64,000 nt of DNA from Octopus sinensis (Eukaryota), in contig NC_043003.1 of assembly GCF_006345805.1 (NCBI RefSeq), positions 45,012,001 through 45,076,000 on the forward strand, read 5' to 3'. This document shows, one piece after another, positions 38,914 through 52,480 of this stretch; the first letter of the stretch is position 1, and the number at the start of each line of letters is the position of its first letter. The translations under genes and the position numbers were made by a program. The notes beneath the pieces are model-generated. The model worked only from the letters and a program-made list of their open reading frames with translations. It did no database searches and was not told the DNA's origin.

Positions 38914-40807
38914 CTACTGCAGTAAGTTGTAACCCGAGATATGGTGTTTACGAAAGTGCGTAACAAACTACTAGCCCATTTCATCATACGGCATCACTCT
39001 CCTAGCCTCACTTCCCCTGTCCATATATATGTGCGTGTGTGTCTGTGTTTGTGCGTGTGTGTAACGTACATACACACGCACACACACATGCACACACATA
39101 TAAGGACAGACAGAAAGATAGATTCACACCTTCTTTTATAAACGATTTACCATATGCCCAATCAGATGTTTATACGCACTTTTGATTATTGTACATAAAC
39201 TATAAACTCTTCGTATATCATACTCTGCCTATAAGGCGGTGATCTCTAAAGTTGGGGTGGGGCAATTCAATTTATTAGATCAAAACAGAATATTTAACTG
39301 AATTACGGAAGATAAGCATTAAAACCTTACAGAAACGGAGTTTAGACAATTAATATGGAAATGTTGGTGAGTACTAAGATCAAGTCCTGGTATGTTACTC
39401 ATTGAAATAATCTATTTTATTGAAAGCATTATGAATATAGTAATAAATATTTCACTGAAAACCTATTAGAAATTATTGTAAATGTTGCAATCTCTATTGT
39501 AAGAGCCGTGCTTTCTGTCCCTCCGTCTGTTCATCACACATTCAGATTAAGCTTTTAGTCTCAATTCGTCGTCCGGTCTAACACCGAAACAGGTCATTGC
39601 GTTGGCTGGAATCTTAATACGGTGAGACCAGGCATATATGTATATGCAAGTAGTCTTTTCGTTTCCGCAACCACCGGGTTGTATCTATACTTATAATTTC
39701 TTACGTTCTCAATTGCAAGAAAACGAACTTAACCTCAGAATGATTCAGCAATTTCGGAACAAGTATTTCATGGCATTCTGTACGGCACTATAACAAGCTA
39801 CTCTAATTCGCAGTCTATGAAAATACAAATAACATTTTGTGAATTTATTTATTGAATATATATTCATATATAACAGAGTTTTAAAACAAAAGTTGCTTAG
39901 GAATTTTGATGATTTCTATTTTTATCTCGAGAGGAATGAAGCAAAAATGACAAAGATTATAGATGCAGTTTCTCTTTTGCCAACGGTTTCAGTCAGCTGA
40001 AGAGCTGTCTCTGTTTTTATCGATTCACGGCATGCAGACTTTTTCACCAGTTGAAACTAGGCAGCAAAGCTATTTTATGAAAACTTTAGAGACTAAAACA
40101 GTGAGTACTAACGTTTGCATGGTAAATATTTATTGATACAAAACACATGTAAAATTTGAAATAAAAACAGAAAGATATTGTCTCTTGTAAATGAAAATAG
40201 TTCATTGCATATTTATCATTTACCACTTTGTTTAATTATAATGATGCTTCTTCGATTAACATATTCGACGGAAATATACAAGGTATTCATGAATTATCTT
40301 TTGAGCTTACACGAATCTATTAAAAGTTGAGGTCCATCAATCAACTTCTTGCAACCAAGGGAGCACACATGGAAGTTTTCGACGCTTCTCATTAATCGCT
40401 AATTGTTTGCGTATGTTTCCCAATAATTTCTGTTGGGTTATCCTTAATTTTCATTTGGACAAATTGGTCTTAAATTATATCCTTGGTTTTCATCATCTAT
40501 CACAAACGGTACCAAAAATGTGTACACATATTCGATCATGTAGGAGAACAATTCTGATTACTCCACCTGCTATAAATAACTGCCGAGTATATATCAAATA
40601 ATACAGGAAGTGACATCGTAATGAGGAAAACAAAATTCATACTGTACGAAATACAACGAAAGTATTTTGAATAGTTTATATATGAACATATTGTGTGTGT
40701 GAGTGCGCGCGCGTGTGTGTATATAATGCAATAAAATGACATGAAAAGAAATTTTTGTTATATGTATGAAACAAAACCTATTTTGTATTATATATATGTA
40801 TATATAT

Positions 40808-40852
<45 letters not shown>

Positions 40853-41338
40853 ATACGAGTATTTATTATAGGTATATGTGTATTTATTATATTTGAAATA
40901 TTAGAATAATGTAATAAGAAAATAATCAAAATTCAAAATTCAATTTGTTAGATTAATAACTTACAAAAAAAGATGCTATTTTTTTAACACCAATTTACAA
41001 TTTATGAAATAATACGCAAATTCTATATCAAAATCACGCACGACCGCAACATGGAAGGCAAGTGACTTAGATGTCATAAATCTTTCTATTCTCATCTATT
41101 CTGATGACATTTTGTTACCCAAATTATTTTCAACGGTTAAGTATACTCAAGAAAAAAATTATATCAAGTAAGTAAAACATACTCAAGGAAAAAAATTAAA
41201 TCAGGTAAGTAAAATACTTTCATAAATATATTTATTGTATTATATGAATAATATTAATTCATTGTATTTTTAAAAAAGTTCAAATTTGAAATTACTATGA
41301 AAACCTTTGATATTCAATTTATATTGAAGCACATTCTG

Positions 41339-41545
41339 AGGCGACGTGCTGAGAGAATCGTTGGCAAGCCGGGCAAAATGCTTAGTAGCATTTCTTACGT
41401 TCTTATTTCAAATTCTGCCAGGTTTAACTTTGTCTTTCATCATTTTGTGGTCGATAAAATAAGTACCAATTGAAAACTGAGATCGAGGTAAACAGCATAT
41501 CGTCTTCCCCAAAACTGCTGCTCTTGTGATAAATTTGAAACGAAT
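41339..41545 (+). mobile_element. Diverged SINE family B
   Basis: gtctttcatcattttgtggtcgataaaataagtacc central block. Confidence 0.7.
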
Positions 41546-42992
41546 ATATATTTATGCACAGTATATCGTAAAGCAAATAACTGCTGTAAATTTTAATATT
41601 AGATAGAGTTTGCATGGCAAAATAAGATTAAGCCTGTTAACACAGTTCATCTATAATATTCCTGTGCGAGGATAATAAAAGTAGCTTCTGACGAAGTTTC
41701 CCGAACTGTTAACTACTCTATAGCACTAGCATACACACTCAGTAACATTTATGCGATCCATAAAGCAGCTGGAAATTACGCTAGCTAACATTAGTGAATA
41801 GCATCCTTTTTTCACGGCACTGATATAAAAGGCATATGGTCTAAAAGTCTAATTCCGAACACACTTTCAGGCTTCAGTTTCATACGACCACGAAACAATT
41901 TGTAATTATTTACCCGAACAACGCAGAAAATGTCCTTCATTAGCTCAATCTAGTAAACTCACAGGTTATTTCCTTAAATGCTGAAGATCCTGACGTAAGA
42001 AATACTCTATTGCGGAGCATTATACGTAGCAGTCATCAAATAAGAGATAGAATAAGACAAGCAGAAAGAGAAGGACAATACAACCAGATACAATATCAGA
42101 GGCCATTTACAGAATGTACCTTGTCCATCTGTTGCCAACTGAAATCTTCAATTTGAGATAATTACTTCAGCTAGAAACGGGAAGTACGAGTTTTGGTAAT
42201 TTCTGAGTCAATAATGTAACAAGCGAATGATTTGAACATGTTTGCCAAATAATAAATTTCTTTGAATATGACCGAGAATAGCAAATAAGCATAAGTGTAA
42301 GGGAAATGATTCGATTGACAAACCAGGTTTGAAATTTATTTGATATAATTCTTCGTTTCTGTTCTCTGCATGTGCTTATGAATTTATGCAAAGTGCTTGT
42401 TGACAATCTTAATGAAGATTTTCTACTTCGTGATGACCTTTGAAAATTGAACAAAAGGGGGCCATTAAAGATATACCGTACACACTCGATATAAAGTTGA
42501 TACAAATTGAGAGTTCATAAAAGGTGTTGGTTAAGCCAAATAAAATAGACCCTTTAGCCGAAGTCTATTACAATGATCACCCAAATAGTCTCAATAACGA
42601 GCAGACATTTATTTCTCAGTCAATGAAAAGAATGCAGTTTGATAGCATTTTGATGCTCCAGTAGCAGCTTTTTAATTTTCTAAGTTCGCAAAGGTAGCCA
42701 AATTACTCATGTTACAGCTTCATCGGTTACTGTGGTACTTTATTAAAACGCAGACCAATTTCTTACATCAAGTTTCTCATCCCAGTTAAATTTAATGTTA
42801 TTCTATCATATTTCGGTGTAATGCTACTGCTCATTTTCAGCACGATTCTTAAATTCTGATGCGGGACGAATGGCAATTTGGTATCGCTATCTCTTCAAAG
42901 TTTTGAACTGTATGCTGTAACAGGTAATAAAGATAGTGAGCTTCAATGTGGTAAATAATTACTTCTTCCAGTAATTCCGATGGACAGCCTCT

Positions 42993-43098
42993 GTTCAGTC
43001 CCACTGCGTGGCACCTTGGGCATGTGTCTTCTACTATAGTCTCCGGCCGACCAAAGCCTTGTGAGTGGATTTAGTAGAAGGAAATTGGAAGCTCGTCG

Positions 43099-43135
<37 letters not shown>

Positions 43136-43181
43136 AGAGTTTACGAAAAACACAAAAGACGAAGACAGGTGGTGTACAATA

Positions 43182-43242
<61 letters not shown>

Positions 43243-43440
43243 CATGTTTCTTTCCATATATTTGTGTGTCTGTGTTTATCCCACCACCATCGTTTGAAAA
43301 TCGTAACATAGCTGTTCCGCAAAAGAGATCAATGGTATAAGGACTGGGCTTACAAAGAATAAGTCCTGAGGTCGATTTGTTCGGCTAAAAGCGGTGCTCC
43401 AGCATGGCCGCAGTCAAATGACTGAAACTAGTAGAAGAAT
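42993..43440 (+). mobile_element. SINE family A with a PLE-like fragment inserted in its central (TA)n
   Basis: Family A head and tail flank the insert. Confidence 0.85.
43132..43179 (-). mobile_element. 48-bp 3' end of the repeat at 9096-9277
   Basis: The reverse complement ttgtacaccacctgtcttcgtcttttgtgtttttcgtaaactctccct matches 9228-9277. (TA)n lies on both sides. Confidence 0.8.
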
Positions 43441-45124
43441 AACAAATATTTTCTGATATTTTGTCAAAAAATATGTCATAAGATGATGGTCATAATATTG
43501 ACATCCATTTGTTGCGTCTATCTAATCCAATGAGTCAGATTATCAGTGCAAATCTTTATCAATATTTATAAATCTTTCATAATAAATAGAGAACGGCCAT
43601 TTCATTCTTTCGAGTATCTATCTATTTATCTATTTATCAATCTATTGATGTATATATCTATATTTGAAAGGTAAAAATCTCATTAAATTACAAACTAGAG
43701 AGCAACTAATAAATTACGTGATAAATTCAATATGGCTAGTAAATGTTAGGCATCTTTTGGTTAATTCAGGCCAGGTGATTTTATAGGTCTGGAACGGACA
43801 CCAGTTCTTATTGTTCTTAGCCCCAGGAGGTCGGAGAGGATATTTGTAGGTAGATGTTGCCGCTACACCTGAGGCTGCAATATGCCTTACCAGCGACATC
43901 AGTTCGTTTTATGGGATGCTACACTCGCGCTCTACCATGTCTTTATCTATGCTGTGTGCAGTAGTTTTCATTTGACATTGGTTTCATTAATTTTTCTTCT
44001 ATTTTCATTCCGCATTTCTAAAGAGTTAGGCTTAGCCTGTGTTTACTTTATAACTGACCATTTACTTTTTAAATCCCACTTCTACCTGAAACACGCACGC
44101 AGTCAACGATCGATACAGAAACGGTTAAAATTTTTGCACAGCAGAGCAATATTCAATTGGTCGAATTCTTAAGTAAACTCTCCTGTTGTGTTTTCTAAAC
44201 TGACCACTGAGGTTCTAGTATATACCCAAATATTTCCTATAGTACAGGAATCGATTCTACCTATTCAACTTAGAGACACATTTACAATACCTCTCGCGAC
44301 GTTCCAAATCTTAAACGCTCTTGTGAGTATTGAACAATTGGAGACCATGAATATATGATTTACGTGAACATAAACACGGGTAAAAATTTAAGTACACAAA
44401 GCACTGTGAATATGAATATGTTGTAAATTCTCAATTGTAAAAGGCTATCAAACTGAAATGATAATATTACAGAACGTATTCATTGTATAAAGTAGATAAA
44501 GTACATAAAATATGATGAAACATACCAAAGATTTAGTACATAATGAAAAGCTGCGTTAGATTTCGATATCTAAAATTCACATTAATCATACACTAATCTG
44601 TGGTATTTACTGTATTATTATATAGCATATGAAGTGAGTATATAATCGTCGATTTCTGTCATTTCATCTGATAATTGCGAGTTGCTGGGTATATAAATTA
44701 TTTTAACGTTTATGCTTTCATGTTTATGCGCAAATATTATCCTATACTGTGCGTCAATGTATGTGATTTTCCTATATGTCGACTTAAGATATATATTCCT
44801 TGAATTGTGTATGTAATATTTGATGTGTAAATTGATGCTTCTGATCATGAGAAAACTGTAGTTTTCATGAATCATGCGAGAGGAATATGTGTATGAACGT
44901 GGGCGTAGGTACAGTGCTGTGCGTGTGTATTCATGTGTGTGTGAGAGTGTACATGTATGCAAGTGTGCGTGTATGTGTGTTTGTCTAATATATGTATGTG
45001 TAGGCATGTATATATATATACATAAATATACATACACACACACATATATATGTAAATGTATATGAATATATGTATGTATGTATATATATAGGTATAATAT
45101 ATATATATATATATACATACATAT

Positions 45125-45194
<70 letters not shown>

Positions 45195-46218
45195 TATTAA
45201 TATAAATACATCAACCCCGGCATATGCATATATACAGATACGTGTGTGTGTAGGAGAACCATCGGTACAATAAATAAAACTCTCGTGAAATCATCCTATT
45301 TTCAGTTTGAAAACCAAAAGGGCGTAGCGTGTAATAACAGAATACCCACTGTGAATGAAATGATTCATTTGTAGTATGATCGAATGAACATACATAAGTG
45401 CGAAGACAGAATGTTCTTATTCTAAGTCAGTGCTAACATTGTTATGGGTGAGAAATATTTTGTTTATGTAACTGTCATAGCGAGAATCATTTTTTTATTT
45501 TTTTTTATTTTTCTTTTATCAATAGAGCATGCAATAGTCAGATATTTATGTTTTGACGGTTAAAGTGTCAACTTTAATGTTTGACTCGATGAGTATATCG
45601 GGCAAAAAACTAAAGGAATATTGTCCCTAGACCAGCTAGAAATAATAACCAAATGATCGGTCATTCACAATCTATTGTGAAACATGCAGGTTACATATAA
45701 TGTAAAAAAATACGCAAAATATGAGGTTATTTGCTGATTATTCTGTTTTTTTTTATTGCTTAGTTTTTTTTAATCTTTTGACTTCGGCAATACTGGGACC
45801 ACGTTTAGAAGGGTATTAGTCGAATGACTCGACTCCAGTATATTTGTTTTGAATTCTGGTACTTACACGATCGGTCTCTTCTACAGAACCGTTGAGTTAT
45901 ACTAGACTAACCATCACCAGGTATTGTTGTCATGCGTTGACAGGAACAAATCCTAACAATGACACTACGCAAATGCATTGAAACACATACCCACTCCAAC
46001 ACACATACACATAATCACACACACACGAGCGCACATACACAAATAAAAATATGTAGACAGCTCAAAATTATGTTAATGTCATACTTTTATCGTTATTAGT
46101 AGTTTTTCTTTCAGGAAATATTCTTAAAAGTTAGTAAAGGACAAATTGAACTTTTTCATTCTTTCCAATATGAAAATTCATGTTCTACAAATGCACATAC
46201 ACACACACACACACACAT

Positions 46219-46249
<31 letters not shown>

Positions 46250-46428
46250 CATATATACGTTATATACGTATGTGTATATGTGAATGTACGCGTACGTCTG
46301 TGTGCGTGCGTTTGTGCGTGTTGTGCTTGTGTTTGCAAGCGCGGGCATGACTGGGTGGTAAGATTATGGCTGCTTATTCATTTGGTCCTGGATTCTGTCT
46401 TACTGAACGGTACCTAGTGTGAGTGTAT

Positions 46429-46629
46429 CTTACTCTTTTACTTGATTCAGTCATTTGACTGCGGCCATGCTGGAGCACCGCCCCCAGTCGAGTAACTCGA
46501 ACCCGAGACTTATTCTTTGTAAGCCCAGTACTTATTCTATCGCTCTCTTTTGCCGAACCGTTAAGTGACGGGGACATAAACACACCAGCATCGGTTGTCA
46601 AGCAATTCTAGGGGGACAAACACAGACAC

Positions 46630-46677
<48 letters not shown>

Positions 46678-46805
46678 GACGGGCTTCTTTCAGTTTCCGT
46701 CTACCAAATCCACTCACAAGGCTTGACCAAGGTGCCACGCAGTGGGACTGAACCCGGAACCATGTGGGTGGTAAGCAAGCTACTTACCACAAAGTCACTC
46801 CTGCG

Positions 46806-46808
<3 letters not shown>
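46429..46808 (-). mobile_element. SINE family A, near full length
   Basis: Reverse-complement homology to 2466-2876. Confidence 0.9.
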
Positions 46809-46851
<43 letters not shown>

Positions 46852-46858
<7 letters not shown>

Positions 46859-47395
46859 AATTCATAAATAAGGGCAAACGAAAACATTTCTAATGCTAAA
46901 TATGCCGAAAAATTGCACATACTGTCCATTAACCATATAATTTTTTCACAATACGCACGCTACTCGAAAAATGGTGGATAGAAATTTCAAAAAAATTCCA
47001 TTATTACCATATTGGACCGATTTCAGGGTTTTCTTATAACATCCCTTCGTTCGTTCGTGATACATGTGGCAAAAGAAATAAATCTATTTTGGTTGTATTT
47101 GGGGTACTTAATTGTGCTCATGACTTAGTATTTGCTTCTTCCATGGGTATGAGTAAGTATCTCATTTATTTCTTTTGCTACATCTATCACTGACGAAGGG
47201 AGGGCTGTTATAAGCTAACCCTGAAATCGGTCCGATATGGTAATAATGGAATTTTTTAGCAATTTCTGTCCACCTTTTGTCGAGTAGCGTGCGTATTGTG
47301 AAAAAATTATATGGTTAATGGACAATATGTCCAATTTTTCGGCATATTTGGTATTAGACATTTTTTCGTTTGCCCTTATTTATGAATTGTTTATA
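46852..47395. repeat. Fold-back with arms of about 235 bp (46852-47085, 47164-47395); PLE pseudo-LTR-like
   Basis: The arms are diverged reverse complements, and each carries an HHR copy near the centre. The left end abuts (TA)n 46808-46854. Confidence 0.92.
47185..47237 (+). ncRNA. Type I hammerhead ribozyme, core intact, A.C mismatch at the base of stem I
   Basis: UAUC-A CUGACGA AGGG-(18 nt)-CCCU GAAA U-CG-GUC^C-GAUA. Predicted cut after 47232. Confidence 0.7.
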
Positions 47396-47489
47396 ATTTT
47401 AACCTTTAAAGGTATTTTTTAATATGCTGGCCATTGATGAAATTTTTTTGGAAAAGAATAGTTTTCGAAATACTTTTATCCTACATTAG

Positions 47490-47597
<108 letters not shown>

Positions 47598-47599
47598 GG

Positions 47600-47779
47600 A
47601 TATTGTATTGTGTCTGGATAGAATCATTCCCTTTTAATGCCTTATTACTTAATACATTCACCGGTTGAATCACCTCTCATTTACTTATTTCTAAGTCAGC
47701 TAGTAGAAATCGAACCGGTGAGGGTGTTAGGAAATAAGGCATTAACATAGAATGACTCTCCCTAGACACAATACAATAT
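47600..47779. repeat. Older fold-back, arms of about 70 bp (47600-47670, 47709-47779)
   Basis: atattgtattgtgtct...accggttgaat versus atcgaaccggtg...agacacaatacaatat. Begins 7 bp after (TA)n. Confidence 0.85.
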
Positions 47780-49404
47780 ATTTCAATACACGAATTTACA
47801 AACCAAATGCAAAAACGAAATATATATATATATATACATGTTGATATATACACAAATGTATACATATGTGTGCGTGTGTATGTGTGTGTGTGTGTGTATG
47901 TGTGTGTGTGTGTGTGTGGTACCTGTGCTAGTCTCCAGGCAATACGTTTCGTTGAAGGTATTTCGGCAACTGGTTTTAGTTCCTTTACCTTCGAAATGTT
48001 AGCAATGTGACATAAAGAGTTGGATAGAATGAATGCCAGACCTAAAAATACGTACTAGCGCCGAGCTCTTCCAGTAAGCCCTTCACAGTTATCTCTGAGC
48101 ATGGCCAACAATTTTTTCCAATATATGGAACAAGAAATAAAAAATATATATTTCGCGGTGTATATGTATATTTGCATGCATATGTGTGTATGTAGGAGTA
48201 TGTGAATGCCTGTGATTGCCAAAATATCTAAAGCACAAAAAATTACAAAAGAGAAGTTATATATACATACATATTTTGCAGCGTCAAGCCTATAGAGACA
48301 GTAAATATTTAATTTATATGTTCATCGTTTCGGATCACCACCGTCGATACCCCGATTTGTATATCATTTTCTCTAATTTTGTATATGCATTGTCTTTATT
48401 TTCTCATTCTATCTTCAGAGAGAACTTGCAAATATGCAGGAAAATATAATTGGTTTCCATCACCTACACACCTAATCGCGCATGCACCACACCTCTCTTA
48501 TTGTCTTTCATACTCTGCATATATATGTGTGCGTTTGTGTGTGTATGTGTGTGTGTGTGCGTGTGTGTGTGTATGTGTGTATTAATGTGTATATACCAAT
48601 CCATATATACATTACATAATACAATGTATATATATACATGTGCGCACTCACACGCATAGTGAGACTACATAATTTGAACGCTATCTTTTTTTAATAGTTT
48701 CACTTTGAAATTCATATCTTCGAAAAGCTTATGTGTAGTTTCAAAACCATGGAAGGTTGGAAATAATTTATTCATCCATTGTTTCGCTTTCTAATTTTTT
48801 TCTCTTATTTCTAATATATTCTGGTATTGTGCACGCTAAAACATCATATGATACCGTTGCAGATTGAGAATAATTTATTCCATATATTGTTTTACATTTA
48901 ATTGTATTTTTCATCTTAGTGAAACATTCGATATTTATGCTCTATAAATCAGAATGTTAAATTTCTTAATGTTGTAGGATATATCAAATATTACAAAAAT
49001 TAATAGACCGATTCATGAAGAATAATACCTGCATATTTTAGCTGTGTGAGCAAATGTAAACGTGAAACAATGAAAGATTAAATTATATTTTTCCTTGCGT
49101 ATTATTTAAAACCACATACTGTCTTTTCGAAAATATAAACTTTTTTTAAATGAGGGATTTAATACCAGCGTAGCAACATATACTGTCATTATATATTGTA
49201 TGTAACGTACAATTGTTTCCTAGTATTTTGACTGATAATTTTAGATAATTTAAACACGTCATTTTATACCGACTTACTTGTAAATAATTGAAAGAGTAAA
49301 TCATCTACTTCTCTGCATGAATATTTAAAAACGAATTTTAATGATGAATTATAAAGTACGTTTAAACGCGACATCGGGGCAATTGTCCCAAATGCTTGGT
49401 ATGT

Positions 49405-49641
49405 TTACTCTTTTATTCTTTTACCTGTTTCAGTCATTTGACTGTGGCCATGCTGGAGCACCGCCTCTACTCGAGCAAATCGACCCCACGACTTATTCTT
49501 TGTAAGCCTAGTACTTATTGTATCGGTCTCTTGCCGAACCGCTAGGTTACGGGTTCGTTAGCACACCAACATCGTTTGTCAAGCGATGTTAGTGGACAAT
49601 CACAGACACACAAACATACACACACACGCTATATATATATA

Positions 49642-49672
<31 letters not shown>

Positions 49673-49835
49673 CATATATATATACGACGACTTCTTTCAG
49701 TTTCCGTCTACCAAATCCACTCACAAGTCTTTCGTCGGCCCGAGGCTATAGTAGAAGTCACTTGCCCAGCGGGACTGAACCCGGAACCATGTGGTTTGTA
49801 AGCAAGCTACTTACCACGCAGCCACTCCTACACCT
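49405..49835 (-). mobile_element. SINE family A, near full length
   Basis: Reverse-complement homology to 2466-2876. Confidence 0.9.
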
Positions 49836-52084
49836 ATGTTTGTGCAATATTTCATTAAAATTGTCAGAGTAGATACCTTAAGAAAATGCTTTCGATTAGG
49901 GTAGAATTTGGAGAGACTGTTTGATATAATTTTCTGTATTTATTCCTCTCAACTTGTTTGGGCTAATCAACCAGGACAATACAATTTTAAGAAATCGTAG
50001 AACTGATCGTTATCGAAAATACTGCACATTACATGACCGGCTAATATCTTCAGCAGAGGAACGACGCTTTTAGAAAGTGCAGTTGGAAAACTCTTTTAAT
50101 TCGGTCAGACAATTATGAATTTCTCTTTACTTTACAAAACAAAAAGAAAACATATACAATACAGAAACATTAGTGGCAAATGAAATATGAGAGAAATAAT
50201 TTTCCTTGATTTTTTATAACAGCATAGACCAAACTTGATTGATCAAACTAACCTCGGCAAAAGTTGAACCACCCAAGCATAATGGGTTTTTTTTTATGTG
50301 TGTATGGTTGTTGTGGTGGCAGAGGCATATTGTCATGAACTGATAGATAGGACATATGATAGATATGTTCTTCCTGCTATTACGTGAATTCTCAACTTTG
50401 GGCCACAAAATGATGTTCCCAGTTTTACTGGAATTGAACTGAAAAGTTCTTGATTCTTTCATTTCAGCAATTCGTTGAATGCTCATGTGTTTTGGCAAAC
50501 ATATATTTTTTTTACTCTGACCACCAGTGATAGCGACAGATAAATATTCTTTCCTTTATAGCCCTTGCTAAATGCAACTCATTTCACATAGAATATTTGT
50601 TGCGTAATATGTTACATATCAATTTATACTTATAAGAAACTAAAACAAAAAGATATATTCTTAATACACAAACGCCAAAGCACAACCTAAAAAGATGTAT
50701 ACATCGTAGAAACCAGTAAATTTGAAACTTTAGGCCATTATCTGCATTGTAAAAATGCTTGCATGTATAAATACATACGCATATGAAATTTGTACATATT
50801 CAGCATCTTAAGGATCGTTAAATACAACTATTAATTTTTATACCTTTTACCTCTTTCAACTCGTAAGCTTTGGCCATGCTAGGCCATCACCATGCAAACA
50901 CTCCACAGCATGTATTCCAAAGGAAACCATGCCCTTTAACACATGTTGTTTCTCCTTTTTTGTCCATTTTGTTCTATTTAATTTCAACTTATCATTTGTT
51001 GTTTCTACTTTCAATTCACTGTGATCATCCTTTTATTAGAAGTTTTAAGGTAAGTGTTTGTATTTTGCCACGTCTTCATCTTTTATCTACCTGTCCTATA
51101 AGCCATAAATTTTGCTATAGTTACATAAAACTATAAATATAAGTACCACATATTTTAGGCCATGAACTTGATTTGAAATATTTTCAGTATCGGCATGATA
51201 GCAATATCAAATTTAAATATAACATCGAAAGTATAGCGGAGAAAATATGCAGTGAATCATTTCCAGTGACTGATAAAATGTTTGCCAGTTGTGGATTGAT
51301 GACGTGTAACATCAGCGAGATTTGAACTGAGAGTGACTGTAGAAGCGTGTATACGAGATTCTCCGAGTTCACTGCTCTGTTACTACTAGCAACGTCGTTT
51401 CGAAGGTAAATAAATGAATACATAAAAGTACAAAAAAGAAATTAAAAACAAACATATAGGAAAAGAAAATACAACGAAAATGCTGTTTCGTTTTGAGATT
51501 TTTCAATTTATTTTTCATTAATATTTAAAATCTCTTGTTTGAGAGTTTGGGGCATTGATAATCCTCTCTTTGTCTACCTGGAAATAGTCATCACATATAC
51601 AAAGTCAACAAAGAAATACATGGATTCTAATAGCTTAAAATGTAGTAATATTAAAACCCGCTGCTCAGAAATATAGATGATTATCATCGTAACTTTTATC
51701 CTCTTCATCCACCTCCTTTTCAACCATCATCATCGTTGTCACCATTGTCATCGTCGTCATCATCATCATCATCATTATCATCATCATTGTGAAGATTAAT
51801 AACAGCAAACAAAAGGAAGAAAAATCAATTATATCTTCAATAACAACACCATCAACAACGAACAACCACACAGCGTTCTTTCAGATTGCAATTTTGATGT
51901 ACTTCTCTGAAGAATTATCATTATATTATACCTTCTGAAGTATGTATAAAATTCCAGTAACTCTCAAACTGTCAGGGTTATTGTTTTACTTGCCACGAAT
52001 AAAGTCTGACTAATAAGACACGTGACATCTCTTTATCTTTCATCATGTCTGCTCATTGATTTAATAATAATAATAATAATAATA

Positions 52085-52334
52085 ATTCAAAAGATAGTGC
52101 TCATGGGAACTGCTCATATCCTACGCAAAATACTTTCTATGTAATCTGAAGTTTTAAAACAAATATAATTTTCATTTTGTTTTTGACATTCACTAGTACA
52201 ACACTAAATAGAAAACCAAATATATGGCACACTAGGCATAACGACATCACGAACTTCCAACCTGTTGTCTCTTGAGGTCTCTAGGTGAGACTTGGAGCCA
52301 ACTTGTACAATTATAAAGCAAAAGTCAAACATAG
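52085..52334 (+). mobile_element. 3' fragment of a second R4/Dong subfamily, between (TAA)n arrays
   Basis: IQKIVLMGTAHILRKILSM* matches the C-terminus of the main element (IQKIALLGTAH...) but has a different 3' UTR. (AAT)n at 52062-52085 and 52335-52479. Confidence 0.8.
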
Positions 52335-52341
52335 AATAATA

Positions 52342-52389
<48 letters not shown>

Positions 52390-52423
52390 TAATAATAATA
52401 ATAATAATAATAATATAATAATA

Positions 52424-52468
<45 letters not shown>

Positions 52469-52480
52469 TAATAATAATTA

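Noticed and set aside
43714-43899. Protein-looking 61-aa ORF (YKYPLRPPGAKNNKNWCPF...)
   Set aside because: It shares cctcctggggctaa and tagccatattgaa with the repeat arm at 1266-1320, so it is more likely a related repeat than an exon; no donor site.
49995-50060. CTGAAGA on the minus strand, and similar boxes at 6842, 8020, 28775-28810, 32542, 35582, 41102 and 41696
   Set aside because: No correctly placed GAAA and NUH with supporting stems.
51260-51405. Exon-like island ending in AAG|GTAAAT
   Set aside because: All frames from the plausible acceptors contain stops. It could be a UTR exon, but there is no further support.
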